Source of the DNA: Octopus sinensis
Lineage: Eukaryota
Direction: 5' to 3'
NCBI RefSeq assembly: GCF_006345805.1
Contig: NC_043009.1
Location: forward strand, 67,766,001-67,830,000
DNA: 64,000 bases
The notes beneath the pieces are model-generated. The model had not been told where the DNA came from and did no database searches. It saw nothing but the letters and a program-made list of their open reading frames with translations. Positions within the stretch are counted from its first letter, which is position 1. Each line of letters opens with the position of its first letter. Shown one piece after another: positions 25,040-38,977 of the stretch. Position numbers and translations under genes: made by a program.

Positions 25040-25620
25040 ATCTATTTTGAGTTATCAAGAAAAGGGTAGCTACAGACCCAGAAATGGGTGCTGTTCCCAC
25101 GTCTAGGACGGTGTTACCATTACACACACTAACATCCTCCACCACATCTGAGAAGGGCCACACAAAGGGCTGGCGTTCAATCACTAATGAATACCCTCCA
25201 ACCGCTTCTTCATAGCCGTGCTGTCTCCTCTCTGTCCTTCTCATTGCTGCCATATTAGCAAAGCCCTCTGTTCCTCCAGCTAGCTGGTCTCATACTGCCA
25301 TCATTATGTGCCCCCGATCCAGTCGTCTCTCTACATCTCATCGCCTATGGCGTGTCCAAAAACATCCCGTCCCGGTCGCGCATTAACAACTAATACCAGT
25401 CCTCCTACCCCCACCCCTCACATCCCACCAGAACGTCTCCCTCTGGAATGTTTTCCCCGACCATGTCTTTCCCGAAGGTGCTGGTCTGGGGCAGTCTAAA
25501 TGGAACAGTAACGACGCCAATGTTATCGGTCTCGGACTGGCATCAAAAGTCAAGGACACAGGCCCTTTCTCGAAACTCAGAAAGTAAACGAAAACCCACA
25601 ACTGCTTCATAGAATAAAGG
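25040..25620 (+). mobile_element. Highly degraded LINE (CR1/Jockey-like) RT C-terminal remnant
   Basis: Frame-shifted fragments on the + strand include LLPPPLTSHQNVSLWNVFPDHVFPEGAGL, reminiscent of the LWNxLPxxVFPxxYxL end of CR1/Jockey-type ORF2. Similar weak fragments occur at 1344-1550(-) and 62444-62830(-). From memory only. Confidence 0.4.
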
Positions 25621-25954
25621 TAGACGCATAAAAGCCAGCACACACACGCGCTCGCGCGCGCACAAAGAGGTTGCCTCTTTGTAGAGCTAAAAAGGGAACT
25701 TCGACGTAGTCACGCGACTAGAAGCCAAACTACTCTTAGATCATATTCTATCATCTTAAAAGAAGAAAGGGATGACATATTCAATAATGTAATCATATCC
25801 TCTTAGCTGGTGAATGCACCAAGTATAGACGGTCACATCTAGAACGGATTTGACAGCTGCTCCCTGCTCCATTTCAGCCGACCTCCTAGAAACAACAGTT
25901 AATAGTACACCCCCTTCGGAGAGATTTACTAGCACTCTTAAGCATAGTCTAATG

Positions 25955-26034
<80 letters not shown>

Positions 26035-26256
26035 AGGTTCACCCTGATAGATCTATGATCAAAGGCGTACCTGCCTTTACCGTTCAGTCTTTGTGCGTTA
26101 TACATGACTTCCTCAAAATAAATTTATATCTAGGACTACATTATTTCACCCATTATTCCTAGAATTCGTTACGGTATGCCTTTGATAGTGATTTGGGTGC
26201 TACTTCTAGCAAACTGGGAGTCTACAGTGACACTCCTTCCTTGACTGGCATATGTT

Positions 26257-26299
<43 letters not shown>

Positions 26300-26330
26300 A
26301 TACACACACTCACATACATATATATGGTCA

Positions 26331-26510
26331 TTTCAAAATGTAACCACATGTGTATCGTTGGCGATTTTCTTCCTCCGTCTTCCCTTCCTTTAGACTTTCC
26401 TCGAAAAGTTAAATCTTTTTTCCTTCCTTTCCTAAGCGTCTTATAATACAGGATTTGTACCACGTCCACGAGTTATTGTTTTTTCTTGTTTGTTCTTTGT
26501 TTGGAGTCAC
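26331..26510 (+). mobile_element. Penelope-like family A copy with the hammerhead core deleted
   Basis: Colinear with 40464-40660 but lacks the tatgtttctgacgaagagctccg segment. Confidence 0.7.
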
Positions 26511-26517
26511 TATATAT

Positions 26518-26593
<76 letters not shown>

Positions 26594-26930
26594 TGTATGT
26601 ATGTATGTATGTATGTATGTATGTGTGTATGTATGTATGCATATATACTACTTAGATTTTATAAATATACATGGTGGGGTTTTCTTTGAGTGCGACGACG
26701 ATGTGCTAGAGCATGAAGTTCATAAGTGAGCAGAATGTAAACAAACAACTTATGTACCTGAAGAATTTCGTGTGACGTATGGAGCCGCGATCACAGATGT
26801 TCAAATATGTCAAGTTTTTATTCTGTTTTTGCATGAGGTAAATGTCGTGCTGCGAGAGCGCTCTAGGAAACCTGCTGCGAAATTATGTTCAGCTGTATAT
26901 TGTTTTACTATTTGTAAGACAGACAAACAG

Positions 26931-26966
<36 letters not shown>

Positions 26967-27023
26967 ACACACATATATACATACATACATATATACATAT
27001 ACATATTCACAGGTACATATATA

Positions 27024-27090
<67 letters not shown>

Positions 27091-29117
27091 TTATTGAAAA
27101 CACCTCAGGAACTCATCTGAGTTCGTGAGTAATACTGGATATACGATAAGATAATGAGGCCTGTGATTCACAAAAATATATGCTTCTAGAATCACAGTCA
27201 TCAGTGTATAATAATAGTCGTTCTTCAAATTTTTTTTATCTATAATCCATCTGAGAAATATTCCTTGTACTTGATTTATATGCTCTCTTCATCCTTCATC
27301 TCTTTGTCTTTTTGTAAGGTAGATGTGCTTAACAAGCTCTACATCTACTCTTGGTTCTTCTTCGTTTTAGTACACCGTGATACCGTGATATTTCATATCT
27401 TCTCTTAATATTGTCCGTAAATGTCCAAACTCCTCACACATGCGTACATGCAGAGATAATCAGAAGATTACAAATACAAGCCACCAATTGAAGTGTCAAA
27501 ATATGTAAAAAATCTTCGAAAGGTTTAGTCTATGAGCACGTAAGCACATGTCTAGATACACAATACATGCATGGGTAGGCATGCATGAAACAAAACATGC
27601 AGATATGCACATGCATTGACACCGAATACTTGCCCACATGCACACAACGATGCATAATTACCCCGTTGGTGTTGAATTTCCTATGAAATAGCCTCGGATC
27701 TAGGTTAGAAACCAGCTCGTTCTTCATCGGAAACAAATCTAGAAATGAATTTAAGAATAAATTTCATACAGAGAGACAAACAGACAGACAGACAGATAGG
27801 CAGGCAGGCAGGAAGGCAAATGTACGCATCACTATGTGTGCGCCTTGTGTAGAATTTTGGATATATTATGCATTCTTTATTCTATCTTATTCGTGAAGGA
27901 TTGCTGCATTGTATGGATAAAGTGAGTTGTTTTTCCATTTGAGTAGATCGATAAAAAGAAGCAATTACGTGTGGTTCTAAAGCTTTTCAGAATATCCAAA
28001 CACAGCATAGCAATTGTATTTCTCTTCTGAGATTAACAGTTCGAATTCTTGAAATACCTCCGTAATTTAGTGTTATATAATGTTTTGTCCGATAAAATTT
28101 TGAATAAAATTGAATGCATTTTTTACACCAAACAGTTATATAAATGTATATAAGGACACAGGAAAAATGTGTCAAAGCCATCAGGAGGCGTCGATGCTTC
28201 CTAGGGCTAAACAGCGGTGGTGTACCCCCTACTGTCACGTTCGTGTTAGATTGATAGTATACAACCATTCTATCGCCCCACCACCGTACATGTCTCTACG
28301 AGAGATTTAGAAATTTAGTATTTCTGAGTTATATTTTATATTGTTTCAAACACCACGCATTGCGAAGGAATTTAGCCGAAAACATTCCGTGGGACATATT
28401 TAGAACTTTAACATTTTCCAAGGACAAACGTAAGCTGATTTTATTACCAAATTGTATTGACTAAGCATCTTGTTCTAAACGAAAACCGTTTTATTTGCTT
28501 GTCATTGATTCTTTCGCAGATAATACGTGCAATTTCTGTAACTGAAAATTTCATTATTCCTACTTTGCAAAATATTTGTAACAAAGCTAGGATAAAAGAC
28601 ATTTTTTGTATCCGTCCTATGAAAATATGATACTTTTTCAATGATATTCTTTGCAAGAATTCTCCTTATGATTATAACATTCTAAATTTTCGCCATTTTT
28701 CTTGAACGTAATTGCTTTAAATAATGCTTCGCTGTCAGTTCAGCTACACAACATTTTCTATCATAGAAAAAAGAAAAGCTCAAAGATGCGTAAAAAAGAA
28801 AAAAAAGCAATGAATTTATTTTTTCTCTTATCATTTCGAAGCATAATGTTTATATTAAATTTATTTTTATGAAAATTACTGGGTAGGAAAAACTGTCGAA
28901 CGAAATATTTCCCCCTTAAAAATATATCGATAAGCAACACTTTACATAGGCCAAAATAATATATCAACATTTGTGAGACGTTACACATGGCCAAATCAAC
29001 AGAGAGAGAGAGAGATGGATCGATCGATCGATAGATAGATAGATAGATAGATAGATCATTTATGTCAAGAATTTAACATTGAGCCAAATGATTACTCTCC
29101 ATCTCCTTTTATAAACA

Positions 29118-29185
<68 letters not shown>

Positions 29186-29189
29186 ATAT

Positions 29190-29222
<33 letters not shown>

Positions 29223-29259
29223 ATAAATCTCTGAGCGAGGTATGAACAGTAGCCGCACG

Positions 29260-29665
29260 ACATCGTAAGGTATATTTGCCACCTAAATGTGGCTAACCCT
29301 TAAAGGTTGATGCTACTCTAGCTTGTAGCCCCCAAAAGACATCTCCTCCAGCTGCCTATTGACACACTTTCTGTGCCCTATCAGTATTTGCAAAGGGAAG
29401 TCATCGTTCCCATCTCCAGCCTGTACCCAGAAATTCGGGTCCGTGTGTATCACGTCAGGCTGGAGATGGGAAGGATGACTTCCTTTTGCAAATACTGATA
29501 GGGCCCTTGCCTTTCCCTTGGACAACATCGGTGACGTGGAGAGGGGAGACCGGTGTGCATGGGCGACTGCTGGTCTTCCATAAAACAACCTTGCCCAGAC
29601 TTGTTCCTCAGAGGGTAACTCTCTAGGTGCAAACCCATGGTCAGTGTCTGACCAAAGGGGGTCAA
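29260..29665. mobile_element. Interspersed repeat fragment with 49-bp inverted duplication
   Basis: Arms 29375-29423 and 29456-29504, 2 mismatches, 32-nt spacer. The family assignment (retroposon-like) is uncertain. Confidence 0.5.
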
Positions 29666-29672
29666 AAAAAAC

Positions 29673-29729
<57 letters not shown>

Positions 29730-30502
29730 AGAATATTTTGTAAAGCATAACTAATTTTTTTGATATTCCTCTCTGCGAACCTGAGGAAAAATAAATTATG
29801 AAAATAACAGTTGCCGTTTGTTTTATAATGTTTAGCTTGTCTTTCCATACGTAATATTTTTGCCTCAGTTCTGTATATCTTCAAGTGTCAAATTCGAGCG
29901 AAATTATTCACGTGAAAAACAAAAGCGGGAGAGAAAAACACTGAAGCAAATATCATGCTAGCTTTTTGTAGTAAATGTTCGATTATCAATGATGACATTT
30001 ATGACTATTCTTGTCTTATTACAATAAACACACACAAAAACAAAAATGGGATTGAAGATGTCTAAGACTAACTAGCTTAACAAACACCCACAACTAATCG
30101 AGAACTTACCGCATGCAGAGTCCTATGAATATATGTAAGAGATACGTTAGCGCATTACCAAGCGTGTGCGCATGCGTATATATGCGTGTCAAATTCTGGT
30201 AATTATTTTATTAAACAAATCTATAGCAACTGATTATTTATGATGGGATACAATAGTGAATATAGAGTCAAATGTCATTTTAAAGAGGGCTTGGGCATAT
30301 GTTTATGTATGTGTGTCAATGTGTGAGTGTGTATGTGTGTAATTTATTCAATCAGCTGCGATCAGAACTAACTGATAAAGGTTTCACCTTAGGTATTACC
30401 ATAGCTGAAGTCAAGTAGGTTGAGTCAGTCAGACAACTTCCTAATCTCCATGCATGCATATACATACATGCATTTTTATACATATATATATATATATATA
30501 TA

Positions 30503-30708
30503 TACTCTTTTACTCTTTTACTTGTTTCAGTCATTTGACTGCGGCCATGCTGAAGCACCGCCTTTAGTCGAACAAATCGACCCCGGGACATATTCTTTGT
30601 AAGCCCAGTACTTATTCTATCGGTCTCTTTTGCCGAACCGCTAAGTGACGGGGACGTAAACACACCAGCATCAGTTGTCAAGCAATGCTAGGGGGACAAA
30701 CACAGACT

Positions 30709-30739
<31 letters not shown>

Positions 30740-30903
30740 ATATATACGACAGGCTTCTTTCAGTTTCTGTCTACCAAATCCACTCACAAGGCATTGGTCG
30801 ACCCGAGGCTATAGCAGAAGACACTTGCCCAAGATGCCACGCAGTGGGACTGAACCCGGAACCACATGGTTGGTAAGCAAGCTACTTACCACACAGCCAC
30901 TCC
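30503..30903 (-). mobile_element. SINE family A, full-length
   Basis: The minus strand begins ggagtggctgtgtggtaagtagcttgc...ccgggttcagtcccactgcgtggcatcttgggcaagtgtcttc (A/B-box-like tRNA head plus a ttgggcaag core), then an (AT)n linker and a tail ending in gtaaaagag repeats. Confidence 0.92.
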
Positions 30904-30937
<34 letters not shown>

Positions 30938-31023
30938 ATGTATGTAAGTATGTATGTATGTATGCTTTCAGTGCGAATAGTTTTCTTTTTGTATGACGCC
31001 ATTTTTACAATCTGTAAAGAATG

Positions 31024-31194
31024 ATAATGGTGTTTCATATGAGCTTAAAATTTATGGCGATCACCGAACAATAACTAAGGAAAACAGTCTAATAAAGGGG
31101 TTTATATGCCCCTATGCCCCATTATTAGACTATTTTCATTAATCATTGCACGGTGATCGCCATAAACTTTAAGCTTATATAAAAACACCATTAT
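31024..31194. mobile_element. Foldback element, about 77-bp imperfect inverted arms
   Basis: ataatggtgttt...tttatggcgatcaccg...agtctaataaagggg versus ccccattattagact...cggtgatcgccataaa...aaacaccattat; 16-nt spacer. Confidence 0.8.
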
Positions 31195-31207
31195 TAATAT
31201 ATATATT

Positions 31208-31259
<52 letters not shown>

Positions 31260-31274
31260 TACACATACATACAT

Positions 31275-31420
31275 GTCCGAAGATGGGTTCGCAGGCCGAA
31301 ATTTCGAAGTTACTGTCAATAACGTTCTTGCATAAGAATAATAAATTTGTACACTACAAAAGTATAGAGTAACCCATTCATGTAAAATTGTTTATATTTA
31401 ACTGAACATTAAAGGAAACA
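31275..31420 (+). mobile_element. Penelope-like short element, family E
   Basis: Homologous to 47208-47330 (ggccgaa...ttcgaagttactgtcaat...cactacaaaa...tagagtaaccca...aactgaacat); both carry a degenerate hammerhead-like core. Confidence 0.55.
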
Positions 31421-31902
31421 CACGCACACACACACACATGTTATTATTTAAAACAAATTGATTCTGTGCTCTCTGTGACTTAAAGATTCGCAGATTTCTT
31501 ATAGAAACCTAGCTTACTCGGTTTACTGCGCCTGAACGAGCTACATTTTTGTAAGAAGCCTGTGAAACTTTAAGTCGCAAGAAACGGAATCAAATTGCTT
31601 TAAACAATAATAATAATAGTAATAACACACTCATATATATATACACAAAATTTAGAGGATTGACCACTAATAGTGGACAGCCTGTATGCTAGATATAGAC
31701 GTCAAAATCGCCATTTTCCACAGAGAATGTGTTCTCAAGAAAAGATTCAGCAAAAAACCAAAGCGTAAAAATAAGCAAGACAAATGAAAATATACGAAAT
31801 AAAAGAAACGATTACCTATGTACTAATCTTCGGATTTTTTAAATATGCTAGGCCACTGGTTTTAATTGATTAATATCGATTTCTACCTTTATTTAATATA
31901 TA

Positions 31903-31944
<42 letters not shown>

Positions 31945-31945
31945 T

Positions 31946-31980
<35 letters not shown>

Positions 31981-32175
31981 GCGCGCGTGTGTGTATAAAA
32001 TCATGGTCGTATCCTTATGTCAAATGAAGTGGATTGGCAGAATACCGGATGAAGTGTTTTAGTTACGTCCCTTTATGTTCCTTATTGCTGCAGTACGAAG
32101 CGATTTTCCCTTTGACCGCACTGGACAAATACAGCCAACTGAACGGATGAAAGAGAGGCAAAGGAGTGCCTAATG

Positions 32176-32309
32176 CAATGGTTCCCGATCTTTTCACTGC
32201 CGAAGACCCCTTTTATTTAAATGAGTTTTCTCTCGGAACCCAGGATATTGAAAGGTCTGTCACGGACCCCCAGTACTACGTTTGCCGACCACCGGGTTGG
32301 GAACAATTT
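32176..32309. mobile_element. hAT (Charlie-like) MITE remnant
   Basis: Termini CAATGGTTCCC... / ...GGGAACAATTT resemble CAGTGGTTCCCAA-type TIRs; no clear 8-bp TSD. Confidence 0.5.
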
Positions 32310-34237
32310 ATCTGTGTATATAAATAGATATTGATTATAATTTGTTATATGGCCATGAAAGTAATAAACAGAACTTCCTTTTGGAATTGTAAGGATTCGT
32401 ATACAGATCAATTTATTTGAAAGGGGTCATAAAGAGCCATTATATATCCTTGATCACTGGTATGAATCTGATTGGAGGGTTGTTAGTGAAGTAAGCGACA
32501 TAGATAATCGGTTGCCATCAGACATAAATCTGAGAGGAACCATCTATGTATGACATGTCATCTCCTCTTCCACGTTTGATTTCAATTTTTTTTATTCTCG
32601 CGCTTCCCAGCATTAAACATATTTTCCTTGCATCTGTAGATCATATTAATAAAGATTTGAACAGTTTGTGAAATTTAGATTTACGTTTTCCGATTAGAGA
32701 GCAGGAATGGTCTTTGCAAGACTGGTTTTTATGATAACTTTGTACGATGAGTTAAACCATATAACATTTCATAGTATATTTGATGCAGTTAGTTGATGGT
32801 GTTAGTGAGAACATTTTTTCTGTTTTACTATTAGTTACAGGATAGATCCTTATTGATGTCTTGTGAAACCATCTTGTCATGTGCTGTTGACGTTCAGTTG
32901 TTTGTCGGATTGAGTATATTGTCAGTCACATTGGCCACATGGTTAAGTGCCATCGGTGGATAAGGTGGCCATAGCAACGCATTGTGAAGCGCAGAGAGAG
33001 CAAGATGAGGCAAACTTAAGACATCTCAGCCGTCCACTGCATCCATCTACATCTGCAGTCGTCTTACCAGTGGATTGAAAATAGTTATGGGAGAGAGAAT
33101 GAGGTTGAGGATGCGCAACACTTGTTCACTTGTAACAAAGACACCGTACAAACCATCAGTCAGTCTTAACAATAATCTGATCGTGTTCCTCGCTTCAACG
33201 AACTAACATGACGATATTGGGTGCAAAAAAGAAAATGAGTCTGCATCAAGACTCGAAACCGAGTTGACGGATTGCGATGTTTGAGGTAGGATATAGCACA
33301 ACTATGTTCACGTGAGACTTACTGACAATCAGCAGCCAGACTTCACGTGATAGGTTCTTCTAAATTCTTCTGGAACGTCCCACTACAAGGGTTGTTTTTA
33401 GCACCAACCTTCAGTGCATATTAACCGGCGATCCAGCTCCACACACACTCCTTCCGTTTATAACAGTCGTTTTAATGACTCCTGCTCAACTTGGACATGT
33501 CGATATAGTTGACCGATATGAATCCACTGAATATATTTTCTCTTGTCTTGATAAACTTTAATACAAAGCTTTTCTAATCAAACTATTTATGAGCACTTTT
33601 GAATTATTCTTTCAGTTATGGCGCCCTGTCGTAGAACTTTAGAATTCATGACCAACCTCATTATTACTTGTGCAGTGAAATAAAAGTTACCATTAAATGT
33701 TTGCATGGTGTTGTTATATCATTCATACGCTGCTTCACATGCATACCAACCCAACCAACATCATTTTTTTTTTATTTCTTAAAGGTCTGATACGATTTCG
33801 AGTTTAGCTTAACTGTGATATCCAGGATGATTTCTATTGTAATGTGTACCTCACAAGAAATTGATACACCGACAGATAAATACGTAGATGAATGCGTGTA
33901 TGTATGCTTTACACATTTAATTACGTAGAGTTCCATCGTTCGGATACAGTGTTGTCACATGTAACAATAGACACCTCCTGCATTATCACACGAGAATCAA
34001 TGCTTTATTATTAGTTAATTGTTATATGTACATTTCTATACAGTTAATTTGCCCAAATTTCCGCTTTAACTAATAGCATGAGGTTAATCCGACGAAGATT
34101 ATATATATTCTGAAACTTAATTTCACGCGTCTTAACCACAGATTTTACAGTCATATGAATTAGATACTCTAATTGCCTAATTACTCTCATATAGATGTAC
34201 AGACCAGTTTGTGTATGTATATATATATATATATATA

Positions 34238-34311
<74 letters not shown>

Positions 34312-34364
34312 TATATGTATGTATGTATGTGTGTATGTATGCATATATATATATATATATACAC

Positions 34365-34397
<33 letters not shown>

Positions 34398-35975
34398 CCT
34401 ATGTATGTATGTGTGTATGTATGTATGTACGTACGTACGTATGTATTTATGTGCGTTCACACATCTGTTCTCTCATATTGAGTCTATGAAATTAAATTAT
34501 CTATGTATATGGATAATTGAATTCTAACACCAAGTTTCTTTAAAATGACACATCTGCGCACTCACAGACACAGCTACACACACAAGTCTATATACATATA
34601 TATTTATATATATTTATGTGTGTGTGGGTGTATGTTTGTATGTACGTATGTATCTATATATCTATATCTGTTCCTAAATGTGTATCGTGTGTGTATTGTG
34701 TGTGTGTGTGTGCGCGTTGTTATTCTAATTTCGCAGTGGTAGCACTTACGAGTAAATAATTAAACTAGTTTTAAACGTTCCTTATTTCTGCCGATATATC
34801 TTCATTTATGTGTAACAAAACTTAGATCAAAAGCCATTGTATTTAACACGCTTTTATTAAATTTCATGTCCACTGCAAAATTTGAACGAGTGTCATACGG
34901 AAGGGCCTTTGAACTATTGTTGTTGTTGTTGTTGTTGTGTTCTTAGTGTTGATGATGATACTTATGATGCCGACTCTGTCCCCATGATTTACGCCATGCT
35001 GTAATATTGTATTCAAACAATATATTTCTTTATGTTCTGGATGTGAGTGGCAAAGTCTGTAGATTATCGAACATTCAAATCGCGCCTTTGACGACTTTGT
35101 TTCTGTTGTCGATAAAATGAGTCGCGCATTTGAACTTACGCGGTTAGTGAACCGACTGTCTGAAAACGAATGTATTAAAAACATACTAATGCCACTATAA
35201 CTAACTCCGCCCACCTCCAAAATATCTGGCTTTGTTACAAAATTAAGAATGAACATTTGAAATTTTAATGGTACTGTAGATGTCTGAGACGGAATATTGG
35301 CATAGCAAACCTCATTGGGATTTTAGATGTCATTCTACAATGTTTTAAGCTTAATATCCTGTCTTGTAAAATCGAAATTCCTGCTTCACTAGATGGCGAT
35401 TGTTGAAATAAGAGCGCATGCTGTACTCCTGTCGATAATTTAATCGCCTAAATAGGTATCCTTCTATACTTCTCATTAAGATTCAGGTGAAAAGCGATAT
35501 TTCACATCAACAGGAAGACCAAACGGTCCGGCTTCTATTGCAGGTCTTCGTGGATATATTATATCCTATTATAAATATCTGAATTAAAGAGAAGTAATCA
35601 CAAATAATGACAAACACCGTAATATAAGATACAGGTCGTCCGCGAGTTGAACGCAGCGCTCAGTTTGAGCCGTAGTTTCAAACGATTTCATTTCACTAAC
35701 GCCAGTAATTTCCTTATAAAAGATACCAATATTATAAAAGATTCATGCATTTCCTCCACAGATAAATATGAAGTTCTTTACTTGCTGAAATAACTTTCTC
35801 TTTATATAATTTTTTGTAGCAACATTTTCTCAGTGGTCTATTTTTTCAACCCTTGCTTTCCCTGTCAAATTTACCTTCTTTTTCTTTATCTCTGTCTCTC
35901 GCTCTCTCTTTCTATCTATCTCCCTATCTTCGCCTAACTTTCTCTTGCCAGATATATATATGTATACGTGTGTGT

Positions 35976-36009
<34 letters not shown>

Positions 36010-36714
36010 CGAGAATAAGTGAGGCGAAGGTAAAGAGAATATATATATATGTGTGTATATATGTATTGCTTTTCTTCAACAACTCATAGACACACAGATG
36101 TCCTCAAACACAGACACTAAACGCCACACATCTTCATCACCTTGATCACCTTGACCGACCAGTCCGTCGGGCGTCCATTTGACACCGCTGGTCACAGCAC
36201 GCTGTCCACTCCTCTCTGGATCGCACCTTCCTCATCCACGTCGTCCCAATCACCCTCCTAAAATCGTGTGTGTGTGTGGAGTTATCCTTCTTCATATCAC
36301 TCCCTAAACCTGCCGATCTCACACCCTACCGCATACTTTTTCGCGCGCTTTTAGCTTTCAAATATTCCCCTTAACTTCTGTTTTTTTTTTAGAGTTCTTT
36401 CTTTCATATATCAATTACATTCTCGCACCAATCTCTTCTTTTCAATGAATATTTCTCTTCGCATATTCTTTGTTTGTTTATTCCCTCCAAATCTCGCTCT
36501 AATTATTATGGAAGCTTCCGATAATCTTCATCCTTGATCTTTGTCTTAGAATTAACTGTCAAAATCTAATGTTTGTTTTAGTTCATTTCTTTCATATTAC
36601 ATCCTTCTAGTAATTAGCAATTCTCTCTCATATATTTCCTTTACAAAATATCTGGAGGAAACATCTGGTCAAGAATCGTTCAACTGGGATTAATATATTT
36701 CGCATAAACATGCA

Positions 36715-37251
36715 AATACATACATACATACATACATACATACATACATACATACATACATACATACATACATACATACATACGTACTTACATACATACG
36801 TACATACATTCATACGTACATACATACATACATACATACATAAATACATACATACATACATACGTACTTACATACATACATACATACATTCATACATACA
36901 TACATACATACATACATACATACGTACTTACATACATAAATACATACATACATACATACATACATACGTACGTACTTACATACATACGTACATACATACA
37001 TACATACATACATACATACATACATACATACATACATACATGCATACATACATACATTCATACATACATACATACATACATACATAAATACATACATACA
37101 TACATACGTACTTACATACATAAATACATACATACATACATACATACATACATACATACATACATACATACGTACTTACATACATAAATACATACATACA
37201 TACATACATACATACGTACGTACTTACATACATACGTACATACATTCATAC

Positions 37252-37282
<31 letters not shown>

Positions 37283-37479
37283 CATACATACATGCATACA
37301 TACATACATTCATACATACATACATACATACATACATAAATACATACATACATACATACGTACTTACATACATAAATACATACATACATACATACATACA
37401 TACATACATACATACGTACTTACATACATACATACATACATACGTACGTACTTACATACATACGTACATACATTCATAC

Positions 37480-37510
<31 letters not shown>

Positions 37511-37643
37511 CATACATACATACATGCATACATACATACATTCATACATACATACACACACACATACATACATACATACATACACACATACATACATACA
37601 TACATACATACATACATACATACATACATACATACATACATAC
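36715..37643. repeat. About 930-bp (ATAC)n array with higher-order periodicity
   Basis: The variant marker catgcatacatacatacattcata recurs at about 37039, 37291 and 37523. Other long ATAC/ATGT arrays lie at 47341-47650 and 52380-52756. Confidence 0.95.
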
Positions 37644-37850
37644 AGCTACTTCGAAACATCTAGCTTCTTGGTATAAATTTACTTTTCTACCAATAATAAC
37701 TGGTGCACATGATTTTGTCAGTAAATGCTTAACTGACACTGGATGAGCTTGGATTTTCAGAAAAAGAAATCAACCAACTGATTCGCACATTACAAATACC
37801 ATCTGTAAGTGGAACAGTAAAAATATGCAAGACTTTTCTCAAGTCTAAAA
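37643..37850 (+). mobile_element. 3' end of an R4/Dong-like (RLE-type) LINE ORF
   Basis: Frame-shifted translation QLLRNI*LL / YKFTFLPIITGAHDFVSKCL / LDELGFSEKEINQLIRTLQIPSVSGTVKICKTFLK matches the PIIIGALG...LQxxSxxGTVKICKTF C-terminus I recall for R4/Dong elements. Confidence 0.7.
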
Positions 37851-38554
37851 TACATTTATTGTTCATTATCTGCATTCCGAGGAAGCTCTATGCCTTTGTT
37901 AGAAAGCAGTTCCTCCCACAGAGAAAGGATTCAAAGAATTAAAAACAGAAGAGAACGTTCACATACACATGAATAGTCGCATGCATACATACAGTGATAC
38001 ATATCTACATACATACAAGCGTGCATACATACGCATACATACATTTATACATATGGTGTGTGTGCATGTATGTATGTATATCTATATCTACATATAAAAT
38101 TAATTTGCGAAGGTGTCATTAATTCTATTATTATCCAATGTAACAATTTTAAAAATGATAATAACAGAATCATTGACACAGGCGATAGCAGGCCAAAAAA
38201 TAGCATTAATTAGCCGAGGGATTAAAATTAATCAAAGGACATACTAGGTATGTCAACCTGCTTGAAATAACAGTCAAAACTCCTATTATTAAATCGCCGA
38301 AAATTACACCGGTGAAAAACTACAGAAATCAAACGAAGGCAAAATCAGGTTAGGATAATCTACTAACATACACTTAAGTATTAGGACTCACGTGGATCGA
38401 TTTCTGCATTGGTAAAGACCTTAGCTTCTTCAGCACATACACAAAGTTGAAATTTATAGAAACTCAAAAGACGAAGACAGTTGTATGAACAACAAGCAAC
38501 TGTATTAGTTTAGCACTCGGAAAAACGAAAGATAATTGTAGATTCAGCGGTCCA

Positions 38555-38642
<88 letters not shown>

Positions 38643-38743
38643 AAAAAATATACCCCGAGATACCGGGAGATTATTTTTCTTTCCCCTGACATTTCCACCG
38701 GTAGTTTCTATTTCTTTTCGTAACATATTTCTACTATATATAT

Positions 38744-38794
<51 letters not shown>

Positions 38795-38946
38795 TATATA
38801 TCTAATGGCGGTGCCCCAGCATGGCCACAGCTCATTAGCTGAAACTGGAAAAATCAAATCAAAATCATATAATATATATATATAATGGCGGTGCCCCAGC
38901 ATGGCCACAGCTCATTAGCTGAAACTGGAAAAATCAAATCAAAATC

Positions 38947-38977
<31 letters not shown>

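Noticed and set aside
25038-25253. Minus ORF with VLDVGTAP resembling a methyltransferase motif I
   Set aside because: An in-frame stop lies 12 codons upstream, the glycine-rich motif is incomplete, and the region is better explained as antisense of a degraded LINE.
30800-30903. tRNA-like A/B boxes; repeated cores resembling CRISPR arrays (e.g. 60460-61101)
   Set aside because: These are SINE heads without a full cloverleaf. The repeated units are SINE monomers with homologous, not unique, spacers in a eukaryotic context.
35740-35790. Minus-strand acceptor followed by SKELHIYLWRK, similar to the SKEVTFYVWK candidate at 50992
   Set aside because: No donor at the equivalent position, opposite strand and low nucleotide identity; treated as coincidence.
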